Source of the DNA: Basidiobolus meristosporus CBS 931.73
Taxonomy: Eukaryota > Fungi > Basidiobolomycota
Reading direction: 5' to 3'
Assembly: GCA_002104905.1 (NCBI GenBank)
Contig: MCFE01000226.1
Span: 58,521-122,520 of the forward strand
DNA length: 64,000 nt
Shown here: in pieces, positions 1-12,299 of the stretch
How the letters are laid out: each line of letters begins with the position of its first letter
Position numbering within the stretch: position 1 is the first letter of the stretch
Position numbers and translations under genes: made by a program
Notes under the pieces: generated by a model
The model's input: the letters and a program-made list of their open reading frames with translations, nothing else
What the model was told of the DNA's origin: nothing
Databases searched by the model: none

Positions 1-2
1 AC

Positions 3-608
3 CCGAACACCGTCTTGTTTACGCTGTTGGGGGCCGGTGGCGAGGCACCGGTATGGATCATCGTGATCGTGACCGTGCTAGCCGCCACAATGAACCAGTC
101 CGCCGTGGATAGCTTGCAGAACGCGTTGGTGGACAACATCTCCTCCTTGTTATTGAGGGGAAGGTCCGTTTGGTGGTCCCGTCTGGTCGTGGTCATTGTC
201 AACGTCCCGCTCGTCGTGGTCTCCCTCCGCGGATACCAGGTGATGAACCTATTCTTGGTCGCCAATCTGGTTGCCACCTGCTGCGCGGCTCCTATCCTGT
301 TGGGACTTTCCCGCAGACTGGAGGCGTACGTGACCACCGCCTCGGTGATCGTTGGCTGGATCACTGGATTCGTCGCCGTGATGGTCTTCGGGTATCTAAA
401 GGTGGGGGATGTGGCCGGCGGACTTCACTACACCTTCTTCGAGGTCTACGATTATCCCTCGTTCCTGCTCGCATTGGGATTCTCCGTGGTTGGGGTGTTC
501 CTGTGGGGAGTGCCCGCCCAACTGCTCACCCACGGCTTCTCCTCGAAGGCCCCGTCTTCCATCACCAAATCCACCACGTTACGTGCCTCCCTGGATGAGA
601 AGCATTGA
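3..608 (+). CDS. C-terminal part of a sodium:solute symporter (SSS) family membrane transporter (urea/polyamine DUR3-like family); 5' end lies outside the window
   Basis: Frame is open from base 3 (PNTVLFTLLG...) to TGA 606-608. Multiple hydrophobic helices and an SSS-like motif (AATMNQSAVDSLQNALV). GC-rich and CpG-rich. AATAAA at 682-687 downstream. Confidence 0.75.
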   Translation, partial: PNTVLFTLLGAGGEAPVWIIVIVTVLAATMNQSAVDSLQNALVDNISSLLLRGRSVWWSRLVVVIVNVPLVVVSLRGYQVMNLFLVANLVATCCAAPILLGLSRRLEAYVTTASVIVGWITGFVAVMVFGYLKVGDVAGGLHYTFFEVYDYPSFLLALGFSVVGVFLWGVPAQLLTHGFSSKAPSSITKSTTLRASLDEKH

Positions 609-934
609 CCACGGGGCGTCACCGTGCTTAGAGAATAGATATGACCGATGGGCTGGTATTTTAGCTTAGAGATAGATCATTAATAAACCCCTCTTTGATT
701 TCTGTACCCTTTAACCTCGCAGATGTGGCGGTTCCCTGATTCAGCAGGACCCCATGGAGATGGTGGGCATGCCAATCCTTCCACATTCGGACTCACCGAG
801 GGCCAATGCTGGTCGGCTGCCCTTTCCGCGAGCCGAATAGATCTCGCTCAGTGGCCTCGGTGTCCCTGAGACCTGTTTGTTGGGTGAGATATCCCGACAA
901 CGAATGTTTTCTGGGGATGATCAATGGTAGATCA

Positions 935-1521
935 TCACATGTCCACCGCCGAGCCACCCATGGTGTAGATGGAGTTGGGGAAATGGTTGGGATCGGTGGG
1001 GGTCCTTGGAGACTCGACAGCGTCAGTCGGACGATCTACGTCCCGAAATTGCCGGCTCGGGCTGTGGAATGGAGCAACCTGGCTGAGGTTCCGGTCTGCT
1101 CAAGCCCAGATGCAGTTGTTCAGTGTACCTGGACCCCTCTTGACATCAAGGTTCCTGTACGGTCCGGGTAGACTGGATACTGGATTTTGGGGGCATCCAT
1201 AGGGTCGAGTTCGGCGATCCAAGGAGCATCAATGTGCTTGGAATGACTGTCAGTTGACAACTGTAGCAGTAAAGTCTAGGATATTGGATCCGGCAAACCG
1301 GACGTGATGTCACTCGACATGACTCACTTGGCCCATTAATTTGCGATACTTCCGTTCAGACAATCGTCTAGTTGGCCAGTCATAGATCGCAATCCGGCCA
1401 TTCTACGGAGTCCCACCAAGGATATCACGGTGGTGACCGATGCACAGCCTACTGGTGGTGGAGAGGTGCAGCGCACCTTTTTGGCCCTTTCTGTGGCCAC
1501 AACCACTGATCCTGGGGCCAT
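935..1521 (-). CDS. Predicted spliced small hypothetical protein, ~134 aa; exons 1521-1453, 1402-1328, 1260-1161, 1095-935
   Basis: Three GT..AG introns of 50, 67 and 65 nt (donors GTAGGC, GTGAGT, GTACAG; acceptors TAG, CAG, CAG) join in phase to give MAPGSVVVATERAKKVRCTSPPP-NGRIAIYDWPTRRLSERKYRKLMGQ-LSTDSHSKHIDAPWIAELDPMDAPKIQYPVYPD-HRNLSQVAPF...NSIYTMGGSAVDM*. Exon 1 is the least certain. Confidence 0.45.
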
Positions 1522-2147
1522 TCACAGTTCCCCCGAATCAAAATGTACTCATGGCCCAATACCCGTCAGCAGGGTTCAGGTCGTACGCTTGATATTGAGA
1601 GAGCACACTGGATGTCACCATCTAGTATGAATGATCCTACCCGAGATTGATGCGGATGATTGATTTTATGGTTCTTCTTTCTCCGGGCCACATCAGGTAT
1701 CCTTGTGTGCGCTTCGTCGAAACGAATCATTTCCACCCTTGGCGGCTGAAAAATCCATGGTAACTAGCTAGCCACGGGACACGAGTACACCAAGCATCAG
1801 CGGCAAGGCTGTTCGTCACAGGCGGAGCGAAAAACGGCCAATCGATGGCTTAGCTTTGAATGGCGGCTTTTTGCCGGTGCAATTGTTTGGAAAAGGCCGG
1901 TTGCTCCCAACCAGTTGTCAAACAAGTGATGGGTGCCCAAAAATATTGTTGATCCATAGATCCGGCCCTGGGGCCATTCAGCCACGGTGGTGCCATGCAT
2001 GATGTACGGTTAGGATAAAATGGCCGCCAACCGGATTTTCCATGGCAATTGGTGGCGCACCAAAGGGAATTGGCCCGGAACTGGTGCATGAAAAAATCTG
2101 TCATGTTCAAACCTTGGTCCCGAAATGCTGCCTGGATTTGGATTGCC

Positions 2148-2163
2148 TATATATATATATATA
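2148..2163. repeat. (TA)8 microsatellite near the genic/TE boundary
   Basis: tatatatatatatata read directly. Confidence 0.9.
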
Positions 2164-2846
2164 ACCCTCGACCGTAAGAAACTGGTTGCTGAGCTCATCA
2201 AATCCGAGTATGCAGCTCTGACTACTGATCGATTCGTCACATCAAGGTCACCTCTAGACCAATCGTATTTCTACTTGATGACAAAACTTACCCTGTTTTC
2301 TTGTTCTGTACCAAGTGCAACAAGTCTATGTATCTCTTGTGCATGACTGGTACAAATCCATACAGCGTAAATATTCCCTGTATCATCTTCTCATGCTATC
2401 ATACCTCCATTAATATATACCATGCATTTTATGCTCCTTGACATCCGGCCTCAAGAGCTTTGATGGTGACCCTGATGTACACCAGTTTTACCAATATTCA
2501 GTAAGACGTGGCAGTATCTGACTACCAACTAATGGGCACTGCTTCTGAAGTGCATAAGTATATTGCAATTACTCTGTTGTATCATGTATATGGTAATTAT
2601 ATATAATAAGGATCTTGGTCACTAATAGTTATGTTTCACAAGCTCTGTTACTGTCACTGAAGACATGACACTTCTCTTCCAAGGACTCATATCACTGACT
2701 GCTAAGTTTATTGATACCCTATTCCAGTCTTTCACCTGAGCTCAAATACCATCCTATTTGCATTCTGTTAGCATTTAGTTGCTGTTAGACTTGTTCTGTT
2801 GGGCAGTGCCATATTATACATGCAATTCTTGAATTTCCCATATATT

Positions 2847-3724
2847 AGACTTGTTCCATTGGATGGTGGCACATTGAGCCATGAGGCATGCCATTGAATA
2901 CCAAATGTCACTCTAATATCTTGCTGCATGGGTTCTGTAGCATGTTGCAAAAATGCACAGTACTGTCCTGGTCCCCTGGTACAACCTGGCACTTCAAGTG
3001 CCTTCATGTAGGATTTGTTGTAGAAATTTGTAATTTCACCTGAATATTCACCTAACTTAGTCACTTGGATCATTACCTACATAATCTTAGAGAATACTGA
3101 CCAAATTCCTTGTTGGGATTTTCTTGAATTATATGCACCAAAACATTGGGTACCCCAAACATGAGAATTCCCAGAGCTACCCAAACAGCCCAAACATTGC
3201 ACACATGTTTTAGGGACCTTCCCAAATACAACTCACATGTTTGTTATGCTAAGATCACATAAAAGTATAAATAATACTCTTACATTTAATAAATCATTGA
3301 GTGAAACCACTTAGTATACTTGTTGTCCCAATGTCATCCATTATCTCCAAGAGACTTACAACAGGCTTTGCTTTAAGGTTAACACTCAAGCAAGGTGCCA
3401 CATAGTACTAGTAGACAAAGAAAGTTTTGATGCATTTTTGTGACATTCTATAGATCTTGTTGATAGATTTAGAGTGTCATGGGTATTGGCATGCCTTCAG
3501 CTTCACTGTGCAGCTATGCATAATGCAGACAATCAACCCCGCAAAAAGGCTAAAAAACTGACTTTCTCCAGCCCATTGATTGAATACAGGAGTTATTTTG
3601 CACAAAGGTTAGAACTGTGTTTCACAATATATGACCAAACACAGATCTGCTGTGCCCCTCCTGGCATACTATGCACTATTTGTCACTCATGGCTCTATAT
3701 TTCATTATCCAACTAAGCAATTCT
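2847..3724. mobile_element. Old, diverged fold-back MITE copy interrupted by a solo LTR
   Basis: Left end AGACTTGTTCCATTGGAT..GGCACATTGAGCC at 2847 (flank ATT). Degenerate right arm 3420-3724 ends CCAACTAAGCAATTCT (flank GTT). Confidence 0.6.
3016..3363 (+). mobile_element. Solo LTR, copia LTR family 3 (348 bp)
   Basis: TGTTG...ACAACA ends, TATAAATA and AATAAA. Flanks GGATT/GGCTT (4/5 TSD). Homologous to 44122-44468 and to the LTR of copia E (62763-63106). Confidence 0.8.
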
Positions 3725-4170
3725 GTTCAGCTGTCATTTTCAGAGCTGCCAAAAACTACCCATTTACTCACACATCTCACAGAAAGAAAGCAGAAGTCCT
3801 CCACAACAAAGTCCATTTGATTGTAGTCTAGACTATAAAAATAAATGGTTTCATCATTTGATCCCAAATGCTTCCTCTCCCAATCAAAGTGGGCAAACCT
3901 TGTTACCAAACTCAATGAAACCTCTAGAGAGGTTTCATCAGTCACTTCAAGTCAACTGCTGGAGTTGCAATGTCTTTTTCAGAAAGAAGTATGGTACACC
4001 AATAGTGTGTGCAGCTTACTATACTCAAAATATACTCACAATCAAGAGCCACAACCCCATGTTGCCAGCCCAATACCTTCGATTAGATTGGCCATCTATG
4101 GTTCATGTTTTTATCAAGACAGACTAAGGAGGATCCTGCAGCTTTGTCAGAGATCAGACTGGTGATATAT

Positions 4171-6900
4171 CTCTATGAAAAATAACTTGGTCCTGCAGGT
4201 CAACCCTACCCAGCTCAGCCATCAGGATCCTGCAATGAGGCCATCATAATGCCAGCAGGTTGGAATATTGTGTTTTGCTGATTTTAATGCCAAACAAACT
4301 TGACAGTGTTTTGATGGCCTTGAGGTGCACATACTGTTGGCATCATCATGGCAGTATGGCAGCCTTCAACTATTCTCATACAGTACTACCATACAGGTTT
4401 ACCAAATGTTTCTGAACATCTGCAAAGACCTTTTTGGTACTTAGCCAATATCTATCTACTCCCTGCTGGACTCTAGTCCCCCTTGTAGGTGTGCTTTGGC
4501 TCTTGTTTATGAGAATTCTGTATTGAATGGTGTAGAAAGTGGCTTGTGGCCAAGAGAAATCCAGCGTACTTTGGTAGAGTTTTCCTAATACAAATTGGTT
4601 GCTTGCGGCACCCAACCCAACTTTTCATTACATAACTAATCACTCATACATTGGTACTGCTTAACCATGCCCAGTGTTTTCCATCTCTTCCTGACTGTCC
4701 TCCATGTGCCACCTCATCACATCTGTGACAGACTTGAAAGTTATATTCATGATGAGATTGGGATACAGTAGTACTTGCAGCTTGACTTGACTTCCTATCT
4801 CCCCACACATCTGCCTCATTGGAAACTCTCAAAAGATAAAGCAAGGCCCAGTATTCTCAACACACCAAGTAAGATAGAATAGAGAATGAATACAATAGCA
4901 GCAGAGATCTTAGGATTCAGCTATATGTTTGTGGTATAGTTGCTCAAATCTTGTCACAAACTCCTTGCACAAATGCTGTTGCATCAAGTTGGCATTGGTG
5001 ATCTGCTTCTGGATAAATATCCCTATGATTTCCACATATGACTCCCAATGCTTCCAATATACACTTGATAGAAATGGCTTCTGAAGGCCACTTGATTAAA
5101 TACATATCCAGTTCATCCAGTCCTTGCACTTATATTGTTGCATATGCCTATGTATGTTGATTGGAGCCCATGAGCAGTACTTAGAGTAGGTGATACCCTG
5201 TAAAATCTTGCCAATTCTTTCAAATTCCTCCGATATCTCAAAGGGCTCATTTTGTTGAAATGCCCCATATACAACCTGGTCATCATTATAGAGATATTGC
5301 TGCAAAGCAAATGAATTGCTCCCAGTGGAAAGCTTCTGCTCCAGCAGATACCTTCTAACTTGAGTACCTCTGGTTTCCAATTAATTCCATATTCCAGCCA
5401 ATAACTTTTAGCTTGCCAACTTTGCTGCAATTGCATGGTGACTTCTGTACATCCTCTCTGCAGGAAGCTGATGTTCTTAGTGTTGATGTTTGGGTAATAA
5501 CAGTGTGTGTGAGTTATGGAGTAAATCCGCTGGATCTCCCACAGTTGGCAACAATACTGTCTATTGTGCCAAGGAAAGCTGGCTATCTTACTTATGGCTG
5601 GAGTGTCTCCAATGGAGATAATTATATGCACTTTTATATGATGGCCATTTACTGTTATCCTGCTGGAAAGCTGACAAAGTACATCCAGCAACAGATGCAG
5701 GTAGCTATCCAGGTTGGACAGTGATTCAGGCCCTGATACCAGTAAGACTGCCATCAGATTTCTGCTCTGATACAGTACAGTCTGTGGCAGATTCAGGTTG
5801 ATAAGAATCAGTGGCCAGCAGGATTTGCTGGTAGAGTACTTGTCTAATGAGAATCCATCAAGTGCTAAGGCAAAGGAAAATCATAACTATCTTCACAGTA
5901 GCCCTTACTTCTTGGCTGTTTGTGGTGTTTGCCATCATATATATTGGATTTGTTTGTGCTTGACTGATACTGAGTGTAGCACTTTATAGCCTCACAGCAT
6001 TTGTTAAACTGCAAGAGCTTCAGTAGACAGGTTATTACTGGAATATATCTGGAGTGTGAGCAATGTTTTCCCCCAATGGTGGTGGATTCCTGATAAGCTG
6101 GACACCTTGCAATGGTGGCATTTTCTGAAGTGAATGCCAAGCAACTGTTGACACATGCTGGTATCAGGACAGTATCTGAGTCATATAATGCCAGTTGCAT
6201 GATGGTTGTTCATTCACACTACATACCAGGTGAGTTGCATTCTAGGATGATTTTGGCAAGAAGTAGTAGTAAATCCTCAAAGCCACCATTACTGATATTA
6301 GAGGAAAGGTGCCACTTCTCTAGCCACAACACTACATCATTCACCAATTGATAGATTACTGGACTCACTTGGCTTGATAAAGTATCCTTAGCATTTTTCT
6401 TCACAAGTATTGTCTTATTACTTATTGGGATTTTGCTGGGCTCATGCAGGGTACTGTTGTTAGGAGAGATAGGCTCATAATCCCTCAGTGAGCCAGCTTC
6501 TTCAGAGCTATCACTCTGCATGCCATAAGCAAAAGGCTGGGGTAGGCCTAAAGGCATTACAAACACACCTGACTCAGTTTGCACAAGGTGAAAAGTACAG
6601 CCAGGTGCCATTATAGTAGTGTCAAGTGGCTGGCAAAATATTGTTGGTACAGTAATGACTGATGAATGGTCAAATATGACTTGTGTGGCAAAACACTGGC
6701 TGTGATCCTGGTAATACATTCCATGCTGTTTGCATGCTTCATGATTGGGAGGCTTGCTACCATACCCACATGGTCTTTTTCACTTCACTAACAGCCTAGA
6801 GTCAAATGTGTCTTGTTCAAGGGGCAAACAGTCTGATAATCAACAACATGATACTATTGTATCATTTTTTGTCAATAATCATGAGAATTTGAGACAATCT
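4171..6900 (-). mobile_element. Decayed CMC/EnSpm(CACTA)-like element: terminus plus most of the transposase pseudogene
   Basis: CTCTATGAAAAATAA terminus at 4171. Minus-strand fragments read PACVNSC..RCP, IYDGK, GDTPAISKIA..HN..CC, MH(L)L, WxFPMER-like, which are Transposase_21/tnp2-type motifs. Confidence 0.8.
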
Positions 6901-6908
6901 TGTATTTG

Positions 6909-7195
6909 AGACTTGAACTTGTTCTGTTGGAAAGTGCCACACTGAGCCATGAGTGCCAAATAGTGCCATTATATGCTAGGGAGACCAGGTGAACCTGTAC
7001 TTGGCACAGAGTGTGAAACATAGTTGTTCATCTTCATGCAAAGTAGCCCCTGTGTTTCACCCATTGTGCAGGAGAAACTCCATTTCTTGATCTTTTATTG
7101 GGATCAATGCTGTGCAAGATGTGTAAGAGCACAGAAGGACTGGAGATATATATCTGGTACTGATTACCCGTGGCACTCTGGATCTAGCTATAGCT
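6909..7195. mobile_element. Fold-back MITE, left arm only
   Basis: Matches the 10929-11275 arm (CTTGTTCTGTTGGA..GTGCCACACTGAGCCATGAGTGCCAAA...GGCACTCTG.ATCTAGCT). Confidence 0.75.
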
Positions 7196-7499
7196 GGCAA
7201 GATAATTTTGGTACAGCAGTGACTGATGAATGATCAAATATGACTTGTGTGGCAAAACACTGGCCATGACCCTTATAATAGCTCCTATGCTGTCTCTATA
7301 ATCAAGGACTGAGGGACTTTTACAATAGCCACATGATCTTTGTACCCTCCTCTTAGGGTTTCCAATCAGAGTGGTATTGTCTATGGTGCAAACAAATTGA
7401 TACTTGACAGTGTAGCACTGTTACATCATTTATTTGTCAATACCCTGTAAGCTTAAGACAGTCTTGTATTTGGGACTTTGCACCTACATGAATGTAACA

Positions 7500-8200
7500 T
7501 TTAGTGGTGAACCACCATAGTAAACATTATAATTGGGGCTGTGGCACCACATACTCACATATATATATAACTACTTACCCTTTGGTTTGGCTCACTTCCA
7601 TAAATATGCTGCATAAGAGTAAAGCACAACTGACTGATTCTCAACCTAACCCCACAACATACAACAGCAGAAAAATAGTTGGGCAACAGCTTTCTTTGAC
7701 ATTCAGCACAGCAAGAGGGGCTACATCTATAAACAATCAAGAGACATTGAAAATCTGTGAGGCTGCTGAGTGCAATGATAAAGAGTGAGCAAATATTTAA
7801 GAAGCTGTTTGTAGTCTAGCATGCCTTCATTCTGAGGCTGGCATATTCTGTGACAATCACAAAACTGAGACTAAGCACAATGAGCTTGCACTGTCTCATC
7901 ACCATTATCTGGGATTCAAATAAGCAATTAGAATATGGGCTGGCACTGTTGTGATAAGAAAGCACCTCAAGAATAGCAGAAACTATCAAAGGCAGGGGAG
8001 AAAAGGTGAAATGGTTAAAATCAGTGGCTTCCTCAAAAGCCTATTACAACCAGAGCTGTAGGCTAGAAACAAGCAGGAAAGAGAAATCAGGTTGCCAGAA
8101 AGTATCAGTCAGGTACAATCAGGCAGAAACACATGCACCATTGCAGGATTTATCAAAGAGAACCTGTAGTACAAAACAAGAACCCAATGAAAAGTGATTT
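7500..8200 (+). pseudogene. Internally deleted fragment of the CACTA-like accessory ORF
   Basis: Homologous to 10500-10920 and to 41256-41800 / 46100-46700. Confidence 0.6.
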
Positions 8201-11200
8201 GGTCCTTCAGATGTATCTGACCTAGATCAGCCTTCAGGATTTCACAATGTGTCCATCATAATGCTGGTAGCTTGGAATTATTGACCCTCTACATAATCTT
8301 ATCACAGGATTGTGACAGTGTCTACTGATTTTACCACCAAAATAATGCCAAAAACCTGATGATATTTTTAGTGATCTTTTAAGCTGTATAGTATGGTGTT
8401 AAAACAGTCTTGATGCACTCCACATGTGTTTGAGCAGATGTAACTGATCAATACTTTAATTTGCCTTATATGACAAGAAACTAAATGGTGTTATCATGGC
8501 CTCATTGCAAACCCCTGTAGGCACTATTACAGCAGTATGGCAACCTACAGCTAGTTCTTTACACTGCTTTTGTAACAATATACCAAATGGCATTTCCTTC
8601 TTCTACTTCCCTTGCAACATTCATATTTTCACTAGAGATTCACCCTTATGCATTTACTCACCCACTGCTACCTTAGGTACTCCACATATATTTCAAATCA
8701 AAAGAAGTTATGGCCTCCTGCTTACTAACTTCTTCATACATGCACACCCATTGCAATTGAGAAACTTCTATCTCCTCAACTTTACAGCTTTTTAGTGTAA
8801 TACTTGCAGCATTACCATATATCTTCAATTGTTGCAACATATATATCATGCAAACATATGCTTGGTTACTGCCACTTTAGCCTTGAAAACCAACTGAAAA
8901 TCTAAAAAGAACTTCTTGGTATTTAGCCACTGTATTCCTTCTTCCTGCTAGAATTAAATCCCCCTTATAGGTGAGCTCTGGCTCTTGTTTGTGTGATTGC
9001 CATACTAAATGTAGTGGAAACTGACTTGTGACCAAGAGAAACCCAGCATACTTGGTTAAAGTTATCATAACAAAAATAAGTTGCTTGCTGCACCCATCCT
9101 AGCTTTGCATTACTTAGCTGAATACCCTTACATTGTGGCTGCTTAGCTGGCTAATGCTAAAGGCATAGATGCCCTCATGTGCACAACTGTGGTCAGTATT
9201 CTCCAACTGTTCCTGACCATCCTCCACATGCCAACTCATCACATCCATGATAGACTTGAAGGTATTATTCTTGATGAAATTGGCATATTGGAGTACTTGC
9301 AACATGACTTATTTTCCTATCTCCCCACACATCTGCCCCATAAAAAACTCCCAAAAGGCATAGCAAGGCCTACTATTTTCCACACACCAAGCAAGATGGA
9401 GTAGATAATGGGTGCTGTAGTAGCAGAGGTATATGCCTTCAGCTTTATGCTTGCAGTATAGCTGCTTGGATCCTGGTACAAACACCTGACATCAAAGCTG
9501 GGGATGCATCAATTTACCATTGGTGATCCACTTTTAAACAAATGTTCCTACAGTGTCAACATATGGCTCCCAATGCTTCCAGTGTGCTCTTGGCAAAAAC
9601 AGCCTCAGAAGGCCACTGGGATAAATACATTTTCAGTTTATTCAGTCCATGCTTTTGTATTGCCACCTATGCACATGCATATTGATTGATGACTGTTTTC
9701 CATTTGTGCCATGCACATGGTTAGTTGTATGCCTGAATGCTTTTGGCAATAGGTAGGAGAAAATCCTCAAAGGCCTCATTAGTGATATTAGTGGTAACAA
9801 GCCACTTTTCTAGCCACAACATCATATTATTCACCAGAAAATGAATTACTATGCACACTTGGCTCTACAGAGTATCCTTGGCATTTTTTTCTTCTGGTTT
9901 TGTCTTATTGCATATTGAGATTTTGCCTGGCTCATGCAAGGTACTGATGTGATGGAAGATAGGCTCATAATCTGTCATTGGGCCTTCTACTTCCAAGCTA
10001 TAACTCTGCATGCCATATTCAGAAGGCTGATGTGAGCCTAAAGGTGCCACAAAGTCACCTGACTCAGTTTGCACAAGGTGACAAGTACAACTAGGTGTCA
10101 TTATGGATGTATCAAGCAGATGGCAAGATATTGTTGGTACAGCACTGACCAAAGAATGATCAAGTATGACTTGTGCGGCAAAACATTGTCCATGTTCCTT
10201 ATATTACTTCCTATCCAGTCTGCATGCATTACGGCTGATAGTATTTTACAATAGCTACATGGACATTTTTTGCTTCTCTTATAGCATTGCATCAAAGTGG
10301 TCTTCCCCACAGGGCAAGAAGCTTGAAACTCCACAACATGATGCTGTTATATCATTTTTTTGTCAATACCCCCATGAATTCAAGACTGCCCCTGTATTTG
10401 ATATATTTCACCTATATAAGTGTAAAATTCAGTGATTACCTGCTACAGTAAGCATTATTAGTAAAGTTGTGGTACCACATACACATGTATATGTAACAAT
10501 AATCCCCCCTTGGTTTGACTCACTTCTATATATATGCCACCAAAAGATAAAGTAAAGTTGTCTGAAGCTCAACTAAGCCCCACTGTTGATAGTAGCAGAA
10601 GCACAGTTGGACAACAGCCTATACTGGCAGTTGGTGCAACAAGCAGGGCTACATCCAAAAAAGACTGTGTTGACAGTGTGCCTATTGAAGGTAATAATGT
10701 GGACTCCTCAGGCTCTCAGTCAAGTGGGCAAATGAGAATCTCTGTGGAGCTGCAAGCTGAAAATATTGCTCCAGCAGATGAGAGTGTAGCAAATGCGGTA
10801 CCCTTGGTTGAAGACATGTATGTGAACATGAAAACATCACCATCACCTGTATTAGCAAGTATATTGTCAGCTTGTATCACAGCAGTAATCAGGGTACTAG
10901 GTACAGTGGCTGACAGGATAGATGCAATAGACTTGTTCCGTTGGATAGTGCCACATTGAGCCATGAGTGCCAAATGATGCCATAGTGTGCCAGAGAGGTC
11001 AAGTGAGCCTACACTTGGCCACAGAGTGTGAAACATAGCTCTGCATCTTCATGTAAAGCAGCCCCTGTGTTTCACCCATTGCGCAGGAGAAAATCCATTT
11101 TTTGACCTTTTTTTGTGGATCAATGTAGCTCAGGATGTGTAAGAGCACAGGAGAGCTGAGGATATGCATCTGGTACTCAATACCCATGGCACTCTGAATC

Positions 11201-11880
11201 TAGCTCCAGTAGCTTGTATCATGTCACAAAAATGAATGGCACTATCTTGGTCCACTGGTACTATCTGGCACTATATTTAAATATTAGCCCTAAAGTAAGA
11301 TCTATACAAAGCACTTATAGTGCCAGATAGTACCAGTGGACCAAGATAGTGCCATTCATTTTTGTGACATGATACAAGCTACAGGAGCTAGATTCAGAGT
11401 GCCATGGGTATTGAGTACCAGATGCATATCTTCAGTCTGCTTGTGCTCTAACATATCCTGCACAACATTGATCCAAAAAAAAAGGTCAAATGGATTCTCA
11501 ACACAATGGTGAAACACAGGCTGCTTGCATGAAGATGCGAGCTATGTTCACACCCTGTGGCCAGGTAGAGCTCAATTGGCCTCTCTGCACACTATGGCAT
11601 CATTGCCACTCATGCTCAATGTGGCACTATCCAACAGAACAAGTCTAGTGACCCAGTGAGATCAGGAAAAATACCAGTGACAGGAAGAGTTGATAATACA
11701 TGTAGAGCAATCAATACTCAAAGTAAAGAACAAGGTATCTTTGCTGCAAAGAAGGAACTCTAGTAGCTCAATGTCCCAGCCAATAATTATGCCATTTCTA
11801 AGTGTACTAGCATGTGAAGTCCATACAGTCTTTGAAGCACATGAACAGTGCCTAAATATCAAGTGTTACAAGTCTTGATA
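8200..11880. mobile_element. CACTA-like copy: deleted transposase (minus, ~8500-10400) and start of the divergent accessory ORF (plus, ATG 10534, split by the MITE at 10929)
   Basis: Homology to the other copies. The accessory frame MPPKDK...DRIDA continues after the MITE as ...IIHVEQSILKVKNKVSLLQRRN. Confidence 0.7.
10929..11646. mobile_element. Complete fold-back MITE (718 bp; arms 10929-11275 and 11316-11646, 40-bp loop)
   Basis: AGACTTGTTC...GAACAAGTCT termini. Flanks AAT/AGT. Removing the element plus one 3-bp copy restores colinearity with the empty site at ~45780. Confidence 0.9.
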
Positions 11881-12299
11881 TCAGAGTTGTGGAGGAATAG
11901 GGAGTTCAGCTAGTATTTTGTTGACTAAAACTTGAACTGATTTTTATTCAGGTTCCAACTGCTCCTTATATGCATTTTGCCAGATTAATTGCTGACTAAT
12001 CCCATTTCCTAGTGTAGATTGTGGCTAATGAATCTTTTGATTCCATCATCATCACCAAATTAGATCCTACATAATATTTCTATTTCTGTCTGATAAGGAT
12101 CTGTTAATTCATTTGCTGACAAATGCTACAGGGTTAATAGATTACACTGATATACTGTAGAGCTATGTTTTGCACTCTGTTGCCAAGTATAGGTTGACCT
12201 GGCATCTCTGGTGCACAATGATATTTTTGGGCACTCATGCCTCATTGTGGCACCATTCAATGGGAAAAGACTGATAATCAGCAAACTTTCAAACACTAA

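Noticed and set aside
170-2346. Short ORFs 170-598, 409-669, 806-1171, 969-1202, 1430-1630, 1797-2346
   Set aside because: Alternate-frame or antisense shadows of the transporter and of the spliced gene model, or GC-rich intergenic ORFs with no recognisable motif.
11470-11640. Apparent accelerated decay of the right arm of the 10929 MITE
   Set aside because: The differences are almost all homopolymer contractions (TTTT>TT, GGG>GG, GGGG>GG, TTT>TT). This is typical of long-read error on the second arm of a hairpin, so it is likely an artefact.
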